A stretch of DNA of 64,000 nt from Octopus vulgaris (lineage: Eukaryota): assembly GCA_951406725.2 (NCBI GenBank), contig OX597817.1:146196001-146260000 (forward strand). The letters are read 5' to 3'. The translations under genes and the position numbers were made by a program. Positions 53,353 through 64,000 of the stretch are shown piece by piece. Every line of letters begins with the position of its first letter. Position 1 is the stretch's first letter. The notes beneath the pieces are model-generated. The model did not search any database. It saw only the letters and a list, made by a program, of their open reading frames with translations, and was not told the DNA's origin.

Positions 53353-53376
53353 ATTTTGCCCTCGCGAGGGCAAAAT
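53353..53376. repeat. Perfect 24-bp palindrome
   Basis: ATTTTGCCCTCG|CGAGGGCAAAAT. Confidence 0.95.
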
Positions 53377-53770
53377 GAACGTTATCTATATATATATATT
53401 ACAATGTTAGTACGATGTTTTAATATATTTGTACGAAAGAAACTGACGAAGTAGGTCAAGTTATATCTGACTGATGAATAAGCGATTTAAGAGACTTAAA
53501 TGTCTCATATTACTACTAAACCGACATGATTCCTGCAGATCATTATTGATTTCGATTGAGTCAGATTTCTGAATTATTAATTAAGAATTTCTTTCAAAAT
53601 ATCTTCAATAACACATTTTCTCTAACCTTAAATAGTTTTTATCGAATTCGTTAGTAATAATTACAACTGACTAGTTTCGTACTTGTACCTTCTTATTGTT
53701 GCTGAACCACTGTTGGTGACCTAGTTTTTCAAAAATTAATTTACCCGTTAGTATACAAGGAGCGTTGCAA

Positions 53771-53839
53771 TTAGCATCTGGTCTTCACTTTTCAGATTTT
53801 AATCTACTTACAAAAAAAGAATTGAAGACCAGATGCTAA
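53771..53839. repeat. Perfect 17-bp inverted repeat with a 35-nt spacer
   Basis: TTAGCATCTGGTCTTCA (53771-53787) / TGAAGACCAGATGCTAA (53823-53839). Confidence 0.95.
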
Positions 53840-55638
53840 CTAACTACAGTATATATTCTATTTATCGTTTTAGAAATAACATAAATAGTTGCCCAACAAT
53901 ATCTCAGTTTAATTGTATTACACTTTGAATTAGATGCATATTTTATTATCAAATATGGCCGGTTATATCATGTATTTGTTCTATTATTTTATACTAAAAT
54001 GGTTTATTCTTAGCGATTTTCGATAAAATTGTTAACGATAAGATAGTAATGACAAATAAAATTACATCTTTTTTTTAAATGCCTTTATTTATGGATGCAA
54101 ACGTAAAAATATCACTAAACAAGTTCATCTTCAAGCCCTATTGAATGATATTGATTTTTCAAGTAGTCACAAGGCCTCTATGTATAAAGAAGCAGGAGGT
54201 GAGAATTCGTGGCATTCATGCTTTTCTCCAAGAAATTAGTAAAGTAAATTTGAGAATGAAAAAAATTGAAGATATTTCCATCGTCATTGAAAAATGTAAC
54301 TTGATACATCCTAAAGTTGAAATTAGAGCCCCAAAGAACTGAACCCAAACATTTTATATAATAATTACCATAATTCAGGGCGACTAGCAGTAGTCTACTA
54401 ATATTTCACAACGTCTCTTTCTGGTATTAAACATCTCGACATTTTTCATATTCGGCCATATAAGGAGGTAACAGTAAGAATCAAGATGCATTCAAACAAG
54501 CTTCTTACATACAACCATGACGTAAGACGCAATGGCTGCTGTTGAAGACAAAAGCAAGAGACTAATTTTCACATAAAAATTATATAGGTTTGAATCTTCT
54601 TCGAAAATACCACGAAATTGTAACCAATTTTCTTAATGAATACTATTTTACAGCAGTTTTTATTAACGGCGAATACAAAATTATAATCGCCAGCAATACT
54701 GCCTATTTAAACAAGAAAAAAGATTTTGTGAATACATTAGAAATCCTTAAAATATTGATTTCTTTTGTAGGTGGTATAGCTGAGTTAATCGACCTCTTGC
54801 ATTTACTTGTAATTAGATTATTGATCTCGGGAGAACAAAAATATAAAGTCGATTCTTGTGAGATTTGAACTCAGAGTTTTGAGATAAGGAACTAGCAATA
54901 TATGAAGCAGATAGCTTAGAAGTCTTCTTTCAAGGACATTTTTATTGTTCTTAACGATCAGACAAGCATTTGGTAAAAATTAAGCCACACGGAGACCAGC
55001 ACTTCGTCTCGCAAAATTTAGGGAGAAATACATTCTAAAAAGTGGGTTTTCGTTTTTACTTGGGCACAAGGTCGCAAAATTTTATGAGGGGGAAATAGGA
55101 TTATTGACCATCACTCGATTCCTAGACTATTGTACTTCACTAAGACTTTACGGCGTTAGTGCTAACATCAAAGGGGGATTTATTGTCTTTAATCGGGAAT
55201 CGAAACCGGCCCACTGAGAGTTTATCTCTGGTGCTTCTCATAAGCCATCGAATATTTGAATAAAATATCCTAAATATATGAACTCGAAAATGTCATTAAT
55301 GTATCACCATTATCTAAAAACTCTTGCTTTATCATACATATTTGCTTGTTTATCATTGCTATTGATTTATAATAATCTACATTAGAACTAATTTAATTTT
55401 ACCATGCTGGAAGGTCAAACTTCTGGAAGCAACACTAACTAGAGTATTTACGAATATTTTGTTTGCATTAAAACGTGTTTATAGCTTATATTATGACGCT
55501 TTGCTATTACCATATTTAAGACGTCATACACGGAGTTATCTTCCTTGGTAGTATCATGTTGACACGTTAACTATTGTTTTGAATAACTAAACGAGAAATA
55601 AAATTGAAACAGAAAGTATACTGGAAGACTGTTTAATG

Positions 55639-56233
55639 CAGTGATTCTCAAACTGGCAAATAAATACCAGCCCCTCTCCATGTTGGTGAAAATTCCACTC
55701 CCACCCCCACTTCTTTATAAATGAGAAAACAAAATAGTGTTAGCAGCCATACAATTCTTCATCTTTCTTCTCCATAGCGATGGAAAAAAATTAAAACGAT
55801 TATCTTAATTTTATTAAATGAAGGCGCATAGCTTGGTGGTTACAGTACTGGATTCACGATCGTAAGGTTGTGGGTTCGATTCCCGGACGAGGCGGCGTGT
55901 TATGCCATTGAACAAAGCAATATATTTCAAATTATTTGAGTCCAGCTGCAAATGAGTACAAGTCTTGTAATAGTGCAGTCTTCTCTGTCTTACCAGCTTT
56001 TATATCAGGGATGTTTTACTAGGTCAAGGGCGAGGGGATTGAGAGGGTGTCTATGTTTGCTCAAGACTACAGAGACACATTTAGCGAAAACTTACATGTT
56101 AGCAAACCATAGTCACTCGTAAGCGACACCTAGCTGTGGTTTATTTGAACAATTTTACTAAACATACCAGTTTGTCTGCCCCCTTTTCAAATCTCACAGC
56201 TACTTCCCACCCCCGCTGCCTTGAAAATCGCTA
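55639..56233. mobile_element. Possible hAT-type MITE with a nested tRNA-SINE
   Basis: CAGTGATTCTCAA / TTGAAAATCGCTA; flanks gtttaatg/atgtaata (5/8). Confidence 0.5.
55823..55960 (+). mobile_element. tRNA-derived SINE
   Basis: A-box TAGCTTGGTGG, B-box GGTTCGATTCC, followed by a non-tRNA body. Confidence 0.75.
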
Positions 56234-56379
56234 ATGTAATACACAATAACTAATCAATTTAGGAGCAGTTATAAATATTTTTGTTACTATTTTTGCTGTC
56301 ATTAATTTAAAGTGTGTCCCTGGACTTCTTTTCTCTTTATTATAATTATTTTTATTTTTATGACTCACTGCCCACCTGT

Positions 56380-56560
56380 GGACTTCATTCATCTCTTGTC
56401 TCATAGGCTGAAATGTTTTTTTTTAATTACAATATGCATAGATGGGGCTCTCTGTGACTCAGGATACATCAACAGCTCTGGCGTTCTTTGGGGCTCAGTT
56501 ATGTTGCTCATTCTCTTCTTCCTGTTCATTAATGCTTTGTATGTTGTCAGAACAGGAAAG
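56380..56560 (+). mobile_element. Small CR1/Jockey-like RT fragment
   Basis: INSSGVLWGSVMLLILFFLFINAL resembles the RT motif GVPQGSVLSPxLFLLFINDL. Confidence 0.5.
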
Positions 56561-56753
56561 ACAAATGCCCTGAGTTTTCTGTGGTACCCTGAGGGGGGGG
56601 GGGAAGAAACTATGATAGATATCGTCAGAGAAAAGACTAAAGCTGACTTCTGACTTCTGACAATAGAGTGGACTCTACTAAATGGAGACAGGCCAGGTGG
56701 TGATGTCAAATTTGAACAGATGTCTTTTTCTTTATAGCGTTAATCAAGAGAGA

Positions 56754-56939
56754 ATGGCACGTAAAAGCGCCCACTACACCCTCGGAGTGGTTTGCACTAG
56801 GAAGGGTATCCAGCTGTAGAAACTCTGCCAGATCAAGATTGAAGCCTGGCGCTACCATCTGGCTCACCAGCCTTCAGTCATTCATCCAACCCATGCTAGC
56901 ATGGAATGCGGACGTTAAACGATGATGATGATGATGATG
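56754..56939 (+). mobile_element. RTE-tail repeat with a (GAT)n end
   Basis: ggcacgtaaaagc...ccatgctagcatggaatgcggacgttaaac(gat)n. Confidence 0.85.
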
Positions 56940-57413
56940 AAGAGTATTAGCAACATAATTGAACTTTGAAGGAGATTAGAGTTGTTGGAGCAGAAATAAC
57001 AGAGAGTCCCATCGGCACATGCTGGAATGATGTAAACAGACCAAAAGCTTTCAGCCCTCAAGACAAGTTCAAATGAAACCAATAGATGGGTAGTTAGTCA
57101 GATTTTCATACCAGGAGCAATCTAAGGATTTTATTTCATTTTAATGGAAATCAGCTAGGTTTGCAATAGATTTAATATAATCATTCCAAGAATGATCTTT
57201 AGAAGTTATGCCTAAAAGATAAAGACTAGAAGACTCTGGAAGAACAGTATAAGGTATATAAATAGAAACATCATCGGAGTTTGTCAAATTAAGTACAACA
57301 TTGTTTTTACAAATTTCTCAACAGTTAGGACCCATTGATGTGTGTGCTATGGAAGACTAATTACAAGTTTTACTCTCTTAACTAATCAAGTGCTCTACTA
57401 TTTGTTGAACTTC

Positions 57414-57820
57414 ATATCATCATCATCATCGTCTAACATCCGTTTTCCATGCTAGCATGGGTTGGACGGTTCGACCGGGGTCTGGGAAGCCAGGAGGCTG
57501 CACCAGGCTCCAGTCTGATCTGGCAGTGTTTCTACAGCTAGATGCCCTTCTTAACACCAACCACTATGTGAGTGTAGTGGGTATTTTTTATGTGCCACTG
57601 GCACAAGTGCCAGGGGAGGCTGGCAGTGGCCACGATCAGTTGGTGCTTTTTACGTGCCACTGTCACAGAAACCAGTCAAGGCGGCGCTGGCATCTGCCAC
57701 GTTCGGATGGTGCTTTTTACATGCCACTGGCACAAGTATCACAACTACAATTTCCATTTGATATTTATTTTGATGTTGATGTACTTGACTCAATAGGTCT
57801 CCTCAAGCACAGCAGGTCAC
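57414..57820 (-). mobile_element. RTE 3'UTR repeat
   Basis: Closely similar to 10926-11420. Confidence 0.88.
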
Positions 57821-57977
57821 TATGCCAGTATATTTATATATATATATTTTTTTTTTTTTTTTCATGTTAAGCTAAGGACTAGTGCATGCGACTAGAATTT
57901 TCAACTTGAGTCAAATATAATAAGCTACACTGAATTGTTGTTAGACTATAATGCATAAGTGGAGTCAAGACCAACTA

Positions 57978-58790
57978 TGGGTTGTCCAGAAAGTTCGTGC
58001 CAATTTATAGTAGCTTAACTTTCGACTTATTTTAGAACATGGTTGAGTCTATAAAATAGGATTTGACTACACCTCCATTTAGAGCACAGTTTAAGCTATC
58101 TTTTTATGGAAGAAAGTTTATATTCCTATAACCTGTGTTAATTCTGTAACCCTTTAAAATGGAAGATAAGAAAATTCATTTTCGACACTTGATGCTTTTC
58201 TTTTTCCATAAAGGGAAAAATGCCTCACAAGCAACCAAAGAAATATGCACAGTTTACGGTGATGTTTCTTTATCCGAAAGAATTGTACAGAAGTGGTTCA
58301 CAAAGTTCCGAGCTGGAGATTGTAGCCTTATTGATAAAGAGTGATCAGGCAGATCATCCACTATAGATGATGACCAAATCAAGTCATTAATTGAGAATAA
58401 CCCACATTGCACAACCCGAGAATTGGCAGAAAGCCTCAACCTATCAAAATCCGTCGTTCATGAGCACCTGGTAAAGCTTGAGTACACAAATCGCTACAAT
58501 GTTTGGGTACCACAGGAGTTGGCTGAGAAGAACCTTTTGGATCGCATTTCCATCTGTAATTCACTTTATAAACCGAATGAAAATGCGCCTTTTTTAAAGC
58601 AAATTGTAACAGGTGATGAGAAATGGATTATCTACCGAAATGTTCAGAGAAAGCGATCCTGGAGTAAGCGACATGAACCACCCTAAGCCACCCCAAAAGT
58701 GGGTCTTCACCCTAAAAAATTTTTGCTTTGTGTCTGGTGGGATTGGAAAAGAATTCTGTACTATGAGCTTCTCCCAAATAACCCAGCTAT
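57978..58790 (+). mobile_element. 3'-truncated mariner, mellifera-subfamily-like; transposase pseudogene 58159-58785
   Basis: TA|TGGGTTGTCCAGAAAGTTCGTGCCAATTT; MEDKKIHFRHLMLFFFHKGKNASQA...WVPQEL...IVTGDEKW...LLCVWWDW. One frame with two stops (58342, 58684); ends before the second catalytic D. Confidence 0.92.
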
Positions 58791-58805
58791 AATAATAATA
58801 ATATA

Positions 58806-59350
58806 TACTGAACTGCAAAAGAAATGTGATTTTTTCAAATGACCTTTTTTTATGGTAAATTCTGAAAATTTATTTCAGGGATGTAAGTGTAAATATGGTG
58901 ATTTATGGCTGAGACCCAAATTGCAGGTAACCTTTCAGCTTCCTCTGAAATGAGATGCCAAAATGCAGCTGTGCTGAATGCTGTGGGTGTCAATCACAAC
59001 AGTTGTCATGAAAACCAAAATGCATGTGCAGGTTATGGGTATAAACATCAACTGGAACCATGTTCTTGGCATTCATAATTTGGATGCATCAGGTATGACC
59101 TGATTGTCAGCAGTGCAGAGAGAACAAGCTATCGGCCGATTGCAGGTAGGGCAGTATGCCCTGGCTGTTGCAAAAGCTAACAATGTCTATGTCAACACCA
59201 TCTATCGCCTGCAACATTGATACAACAACACCAATAGCACTGCAGACTGTGCCTGTAGAGCACGCCCAGGCAGGACTGCTTCATCCACCTGCAACACCTC
59301 CGTGGTCACTTCAGACTGGCCAGAGTGACAGCTTGTAATACCATTGGCAC
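58806..59350 (+). mobile_element. 5' part of a Tc1-type transposon
   Basis: TA|TACTGAACTGCAAAAGAAA; from ATG 59095: MT*LSAVQREQAIGRLQVGQ..VAKANNVYVNTIYRLQ...RQDCFIHLQHLR (paired-like HTH). Not shown in the ORF track. Confidence 0.8.
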
Positions 59351-59825
59351 TGGACAGTAACCCATCAGTGATGACTGACTTGCCAGAGGTTGAGAGTTTC
59401 AAATACCTTGGCACCATCATTACAGTTACAGGTCAAGGTGAGGCTGACATTAAAACACGAATCGACCTCGCTCGCCAAGCCTTCAACCGACCCAATGCAC
59501 GACTCTGGTCAAGATCTGAGATCCAATGCACCACCAAAGTATGGATCTACCAAGCACTAGGGTGAACAATTCTCCTTTATGGCAGCGAGTCATGACCGAT
59601 GAGGGTGGAAGATATTAAGCGACTAGAATCCTTCGATCACCTCTGTCTACGCCGCATCCTTCGTGTCCGATGGCATCACTTTGTCTCCAACAATTCGGTG
59701 CGACACCAGTGCAAAATCACCTCCCTCCAACAAGTCATCCTAACGAAACGTCTGTGTGGCTGGGTCATGCCCTCCTTCATCAGCCAGGAGAATTCATCTA
59801 TGAAGCAATTGCTCCAGCTCCCTTC
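59351..59825 (+). mobile_element. RTE-clade LINE fragment (third family)
   Basis: EVESFKYLGTII...IKTRIDLARQAF...LLYGSES...FDHLCLRRILRVRW...WLGH. Confidence 0.88.
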
Positions 59826-60470
59826 AGGGTTGGCAAAAGCGATGTGGATTTAGTAGACGGAAACTGAAAGAAGCCCGTCGTATATATGTATATGTATATA
59901 TATGTGTGTTTGTGTGTCTGTGTTTGTCCCCCTCCAACATCGCTTGACAACCGATGCTGGTGTGTTTAGGTCCCTGTAACTTAGCAGTTCGGCAAAAGAG
60001 ACCGACAGAATAAGTATTAGGCTTAGAAAGAATAAGTCCTGGGGTCAATTTGCTTGACTAAAGGCGGTGCTCCAGCATGGCTGCAGTCAAATGACTGAAA
60101 CAAGTAAAAGGGTAAAGAGAGTTTATGGTTTTCTATATTGATATTGTGGGTCAGAATGTCATCCACCCAGTAATGCCTTTCTCTCTTGACCCCATAAATA
60201 TCAATTATTATAAGTGAGAGATATGCATTATTTGTTCATTATGTGACCTAGTAAGTTAGGTGCATAACAAAGAAACTATCATAGTAGCATTTGTTAGCAT
60301 AGACACAGACATGGCTGTGTAGTTAAGAAGCTTGCTTTGCAGCCTAGTGGTTTTGGGTTCAGTCTCACTATGTGGCACCATGGGTAAGGGTCTTCTACTA
60401 TAGCCTTGGTCCAATTAATGTCTTGTGAGTGAATTTGATAGATAGAAATTGCTTGGAAGCTCATTGTAAA
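59826..60470 (+). mobile_element. SINE 3' half (59826-60120) and SINE head (60305-60470)
   Basis: gacggaaactgaaagaagcccgtcg(ta/tg)n...gactgaaacaagtaaaag; ggctgtgtagttaagaagcttgc. Confidence 0.85.
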
Positions 60471-60654
60471 TATATATATATATAGATAGATACATACATG
60501 GACAGATAGACAGACAGACAGACAGCTAGATAGGTGAGTGTGTGCATGTGTGTCTTTGTGCCTCAGTTTTTCCTCCAACACTGCTTGATGACTGGTATTG
60601 GATTTGATACATGGTAACTAAATTGAGCCTGTTGTGTGTGTATGTGTGTGTGTA

Positions 60655-61720
60655 TCATCATCATCATCATCATCGATTAACATCCGTTTTCCATGCTGGC
60701 ATGGGTTGGACAGTTTGACTGCAGTCTGGAGAGTGAGTGGCTGTACCAGGCTCCCATCTGGTCTGGCAGAGTTTCTACAGCTGGATGCCCTTCCCAACGC
60801 CAACCACTCCGAGAGTGTAGTGGGTGCTTTTATGTGCCACCAGCACAGGAGTCAGTAAGGCAGGCCTGGCAACGAACCCATTTGGATGGTGCTTTTTATG
60901 TGCCACCAGCACAGGAGCCAGTCAGTGGGTATTGGCATTGGTCACGATCGATTGGTGCTTTTAACGTGCTATTGGCAGAGGATCCAGTCAGGCAGACCTG
61001 ACATCAACCACATATGGATGGTGCTTTTTATGTGCCATCAACAGGGGAGCCAGCCAGGGGACACCGGCCCCCAGCTATGTTATTGGTTTTATTTGACTCA
61101 ACAGGTCTTCTCAAGCATATCATGTTGCCTGATGCATCAGGAGTATTCTTAACAGGGCTGGACGTGCATGGCTGCGATCTCACTTTAGTTGCTGGGTCTT
61201 CTTAATCACAGTACATCTCCAAAGCCCCGGTCTCCTGTCATTGCCTCTGTTAGGCCCAACGTTCAAAGGTCATGATTCACCACCTCATGCCATGTATTCC
61301 TGAGTCTACCTCTTCCACAAGTTCCTTTCACAGTTAGGGAGTGGCACTCTCTCACACAGCTATCTTCCTCCATATATAACAGATGGCCATACCAGTGCAG
61401 TCACTTCTCTTGCACACCACATTTGATGCTTCTTATGCCCAACTTTTCTCTCAGGGCACTTACACTCTGTCGTATGTGCACCTTGACATTACACATCCAG
61501 CAGCTCATACTAGCTTCATTTATTTCAAGCCTATGCATGTCCTCAGCATTCATGGCCCATGTTTCACTGCCGTGTAGCACGGCAGTTCACACACATGCAT
61601 CATACAGTCTACCTTTCACACTGAGCAACAGGCCTTTAGTTGCCATCAGATGTAGGAGCTCCCTGAACTTTGTCCAGGCTGTTCTTACTCTAGTCGCCAC
61701 ACTCTCAGAGCAACCATCCC

Positions 61721-61726
<6 letters not shown>
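60655..61726 (-). mobile_element. 5'-truncated RTE LINE (ORF2 end plus 3'UTR)
   Basis: SSGDGCSESVATRVRTAWTKFRELL...VKGRLYDACV matches 27120-27265; (CAT)n tail. Confidence 0.92.
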
Positions 61727-61761
<35 letters not shown>

Positions 61762-61973
61762 TGTGTGTGTGTTTTTGTGTCTGTGTTTGTCCCCCAAACA
61801 TTCCTTGAAATCGGTGTTGGTGCATTTACATCCCTATAACTTAGCAGTTTGGCAAAAGAAACCAATAGAATAAGTAAAAGAGAAAATAAGTACTGGGGTT
61901 GACTAGTTTGACTGAAATTCCTCATAGTGGTGCCCCAGTATGGCCACAGTCTAATGACTTAAACAAGTAAATG

Positions 61974-62009
<36 letters not shown>
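61727..62009 (+). mobile_element. SINE 3' half flanked by (TA)n tracts
   Basis: Same body as 59900-60120. Confidence 0.8.
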
Positions 62010-62011
<2 letters not shown>

Positions 62012-62259
62012 TGAAGGTGAAGTGGCTGAGTTCTTTCAAGTGTTGGGCCTCATGGAATTTGACCCCCTTCCCCAAAATTTCAAACCTTGTGCCTAGAGTA
62101 CAAAACAATAGTTATATAATAGTTATATTAAGAACAATCAGTTCCTACCACTACTGCTACAACCACAACAGGGCACTTTTAGGTCACTTGACCATTAAAG
62201 TAGATTCCACAGACAGCTCTACTACTGGGTCATACTACTCCTATCTGTTTTCTTTTATT

Positions 62260-62424
62260 TCTTCTTCTTCTTCTTCTTCTTCTTCTTCTTCTTCTTCTTC
62301 TCTGTCTCCTTCCTCGGCTGCTGCTGCTTAAGCTATCAAACTTCAGAACCAAACATTTCTCTGCACTCATAGACACTATTTCTTCAAATCTGCTATTACC
62401 TGCTGAGCCTTCGCAAAAGAAGAC

Positions 62425-62456
<32 letters not shown>
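62260..62456. repeat. (TTC)n at 62260-62300 and (AG)n at 62428-62456
   Basis: Direct read. Confidence 0.95.
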
Positions 62457-62459
<3 letters not shown>

Positions 62460-62680
62460 AAAGGAAAATGTCCTACCTATCTGAAGACTATGGAAACATT
62501 TACCAAACATTTCATTCAATTTTTTTTTCAATTTAATTATTTTTTTTTTGTTTTACACTTAGTTGAAAAAGTCAATAAGACGGAAACTGGTACTAATCTT
62601 TACAAAATGTATTTCATGATAAGATTATTTTAACATTTTCTATCTTGCCTTATTTTCCTCATATACTTATATATATATAT

Positions 62681-62862
62681 AGGGAGAATTCACAAAAAAA
62701 AACAAAATAAAAGATGAAGACAGATGGTGTAGACAACAAACGGATGTATTAGGATAATGCTTGGGAAATGAAAAAGTCTTTAACGTTTCGAGCCTACGCT
62801 CTTCCACAGAAAGGAATACAGAAAGAAACAAGGAGAGAAAATAAAGAATGTGTAGTGGCTAG

Positions 62863-62918
<56 letters not shown>

Positions 62919-63075
62919 ATGTATATATAGTTGGAATTTGCAAAACACAAAAGACTAAGACAGGTGTGTAAACAACAAACAGGTGTATCAGTTTAACGCT
63001 TGGGTAGGTGAGAAAGTCTTTTACATTTTAAGCCTACACCTTTCAACAGAAGGGAACATGAGAAAATAAAGAGCA
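62681..63075 (-). mobile_element. Two tandem ~250-bp units separated by (TA)n, Penelope-terminus/retrozyme-like
   Basis: Unit 1 at 62681-62865 and unit 2 at ~62930-63075 share aagacag.tg..gta.acaacaaac.g.tgtat...gcttggg...aaagtcttt...agcctac. Confidence 0.7.
62778..62813 (-). ncRNA. Minimal type-I hammerhead-ribozyme-like motif (variant core)
   Basis: Minus strand CUUU-CUGUGGA-A-GAGC(GUAG)GCUC-GAAAC-GUU-AAAG: 4-bp stem I, 4-bp stem II, palindromic ACGU stem III; differs from CUGANGA at A6. Confidence 0.5.
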
Positions 63076-63524
63076 ACCTGGTATTGAAAGTGAGTTGGAA
63101 TATTTTCACTATATTTGTGTTGTTAATATCCTAAGGAAAGACAATGAACTTTAAAAACAACAACAACAACAAACAAAGAAAAGAACACTCACAATTGCTT
63201 CCTTACTTGAAATCAATGGAGTTAATCAGTTATTAATTACAGCTACTGATTATGCAAAATGAAAAAAAGAAAAGAGACCACAAAATACAAACATTTTATA
63301 ATTGAATTGCCTAAGGAATAATAATAATGAAGAGGAGGAGGAGGAGGAGGACGGCGATGACAACAACAACATGATAATAATAATAATAATAATAATAATA
63401 ATTTCATAAATAACTGTGATGTGTGTAAGAAGGGGAATTTAGAAATGTCCATCTGTACCTTACTAATGATATGGGTGAATTTATTTAAAAGGAATATAAA
63501 AACAAAAATGTATTTAACATCTAT

Positions 63525-64000
63525 AGGTGCCAGCATGGTTGAGTGGTCAAGGAGCTTGTTTTTTCAACCATGGGAAAGTGTCTTCAGACTGACCAATGCT
63601 TTGTGACAGAATTTGGTAAATGAAAACTATATGAAAGCCCATCATGTGTGTGTGTGAGTGTGTGTTTGTCAATCCTCCTACCTTGACAACCAGCATTGGT
63701 TTTATTTTTTATATTTCTGGAACTGAGTGGTTTAGCAAAAGAGACTATTAGAATAAGTATCAGACTTCCTTCCAGGCATTGCCCCATCTTGGCCATCGTC
63801 CAATGGCTGAAACAAGTAAAAGATAAAAGATAATTCTCAGTATGTGAATGTTAGGTGCAGGAGTAGCTGTGTGGTAAGTAGCTTGCTTACCAACCACATG
63901 GTTCCGGGTTCAGTCCCACTGTGTGGCACCTTGGGCAAGTGTCTTCTACTATAGCCTCGGGCTGACCAAAGCCTTGTGAGTGGATTTGGTAGACGGAAAC
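63525..64000 (+). mobile_element. Two tRNA/CORE-like SINEs (63525-63830; 63853 to window end)
   Basis: A-box TAGCTGTGTGG, B-box-like GGTTCAGTCCC, CORE-like ggcaccttgggcaagtgtctt. Confidence 0.88.

Larger units (their letters stand above)
48520..56250. promoter_or_regulatory. CpG-retaining (putatively unmethylated) domain
   Basis: CG dinucleotides appear on most lines here but are rare in unique DNA from 1-48.5 kb and scarcer again beyond ~56.3 kb (judged by eye, not computed). Confidence 0.7.

Noticed and set aside
55823-55895. tRNA-like sequence (also 10650, 63853)
   Set aside because: A/B boxes are present but the acceptor stem does not pair and the sequence runs into a SINE body.
62011-62331. 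Poly-Ser ORF (also 52567-52854, 63243-63536, 41614-42006)
   Set aside because: Products of microsatellites or low-complexity LINE UTR sequence.

Overview
AT-rich eukaryotic genomic DNA with no prokaryotic features. The repeat families ((CAT)n-tailed RTE-type LINE 3' ends, several tRNA-headed SINEs, TA/CA microsatellites) look like those of an Octopus-type cephalopod genome; this is recognition from memory, not a database result. Most ORFs in the supplied track are spurious or are transposon fragments. The window reads best as the 5' part of a minus-strand host gene. Its CpG-retaining promoter domain spans ~48.5-56.3 kb, with a candidate first exon at ~51.12-51.35 kb. Next comes ~50 kb of CpG-depleted, TE-filled intron, then two phase-compatible candidate coding exons at the left edge (MELEEDKYCF|VDIYLMHSFLKSYKFYVNKCLSSNEFLCQFS..., product not recognised). 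DNA transposons include a full-length DD36E Tc1-type element, a DD37D (maT) derivative, mariners, Merlin-, hAT- and piggyBac-type MITEs and a MULE remnant. Retroelements include RTE, Vingi/Ingi-like, CR1/Jockey-like and R4/Dong-like LINE remnants. The strongest leads are a ~250-bp tandem unit carrying a variant minimal hammerhead-ribozyme fold (retrozyme/Penelope-like, 62.7-63.1 kb), a PHD-type zinc finger inside an RTE reverse transcriptase, the DD36E element, and a possible spliced microprotein within the long 5' region. Boundaries of old repeats are approximate and all family calls come from motifs read by eye.
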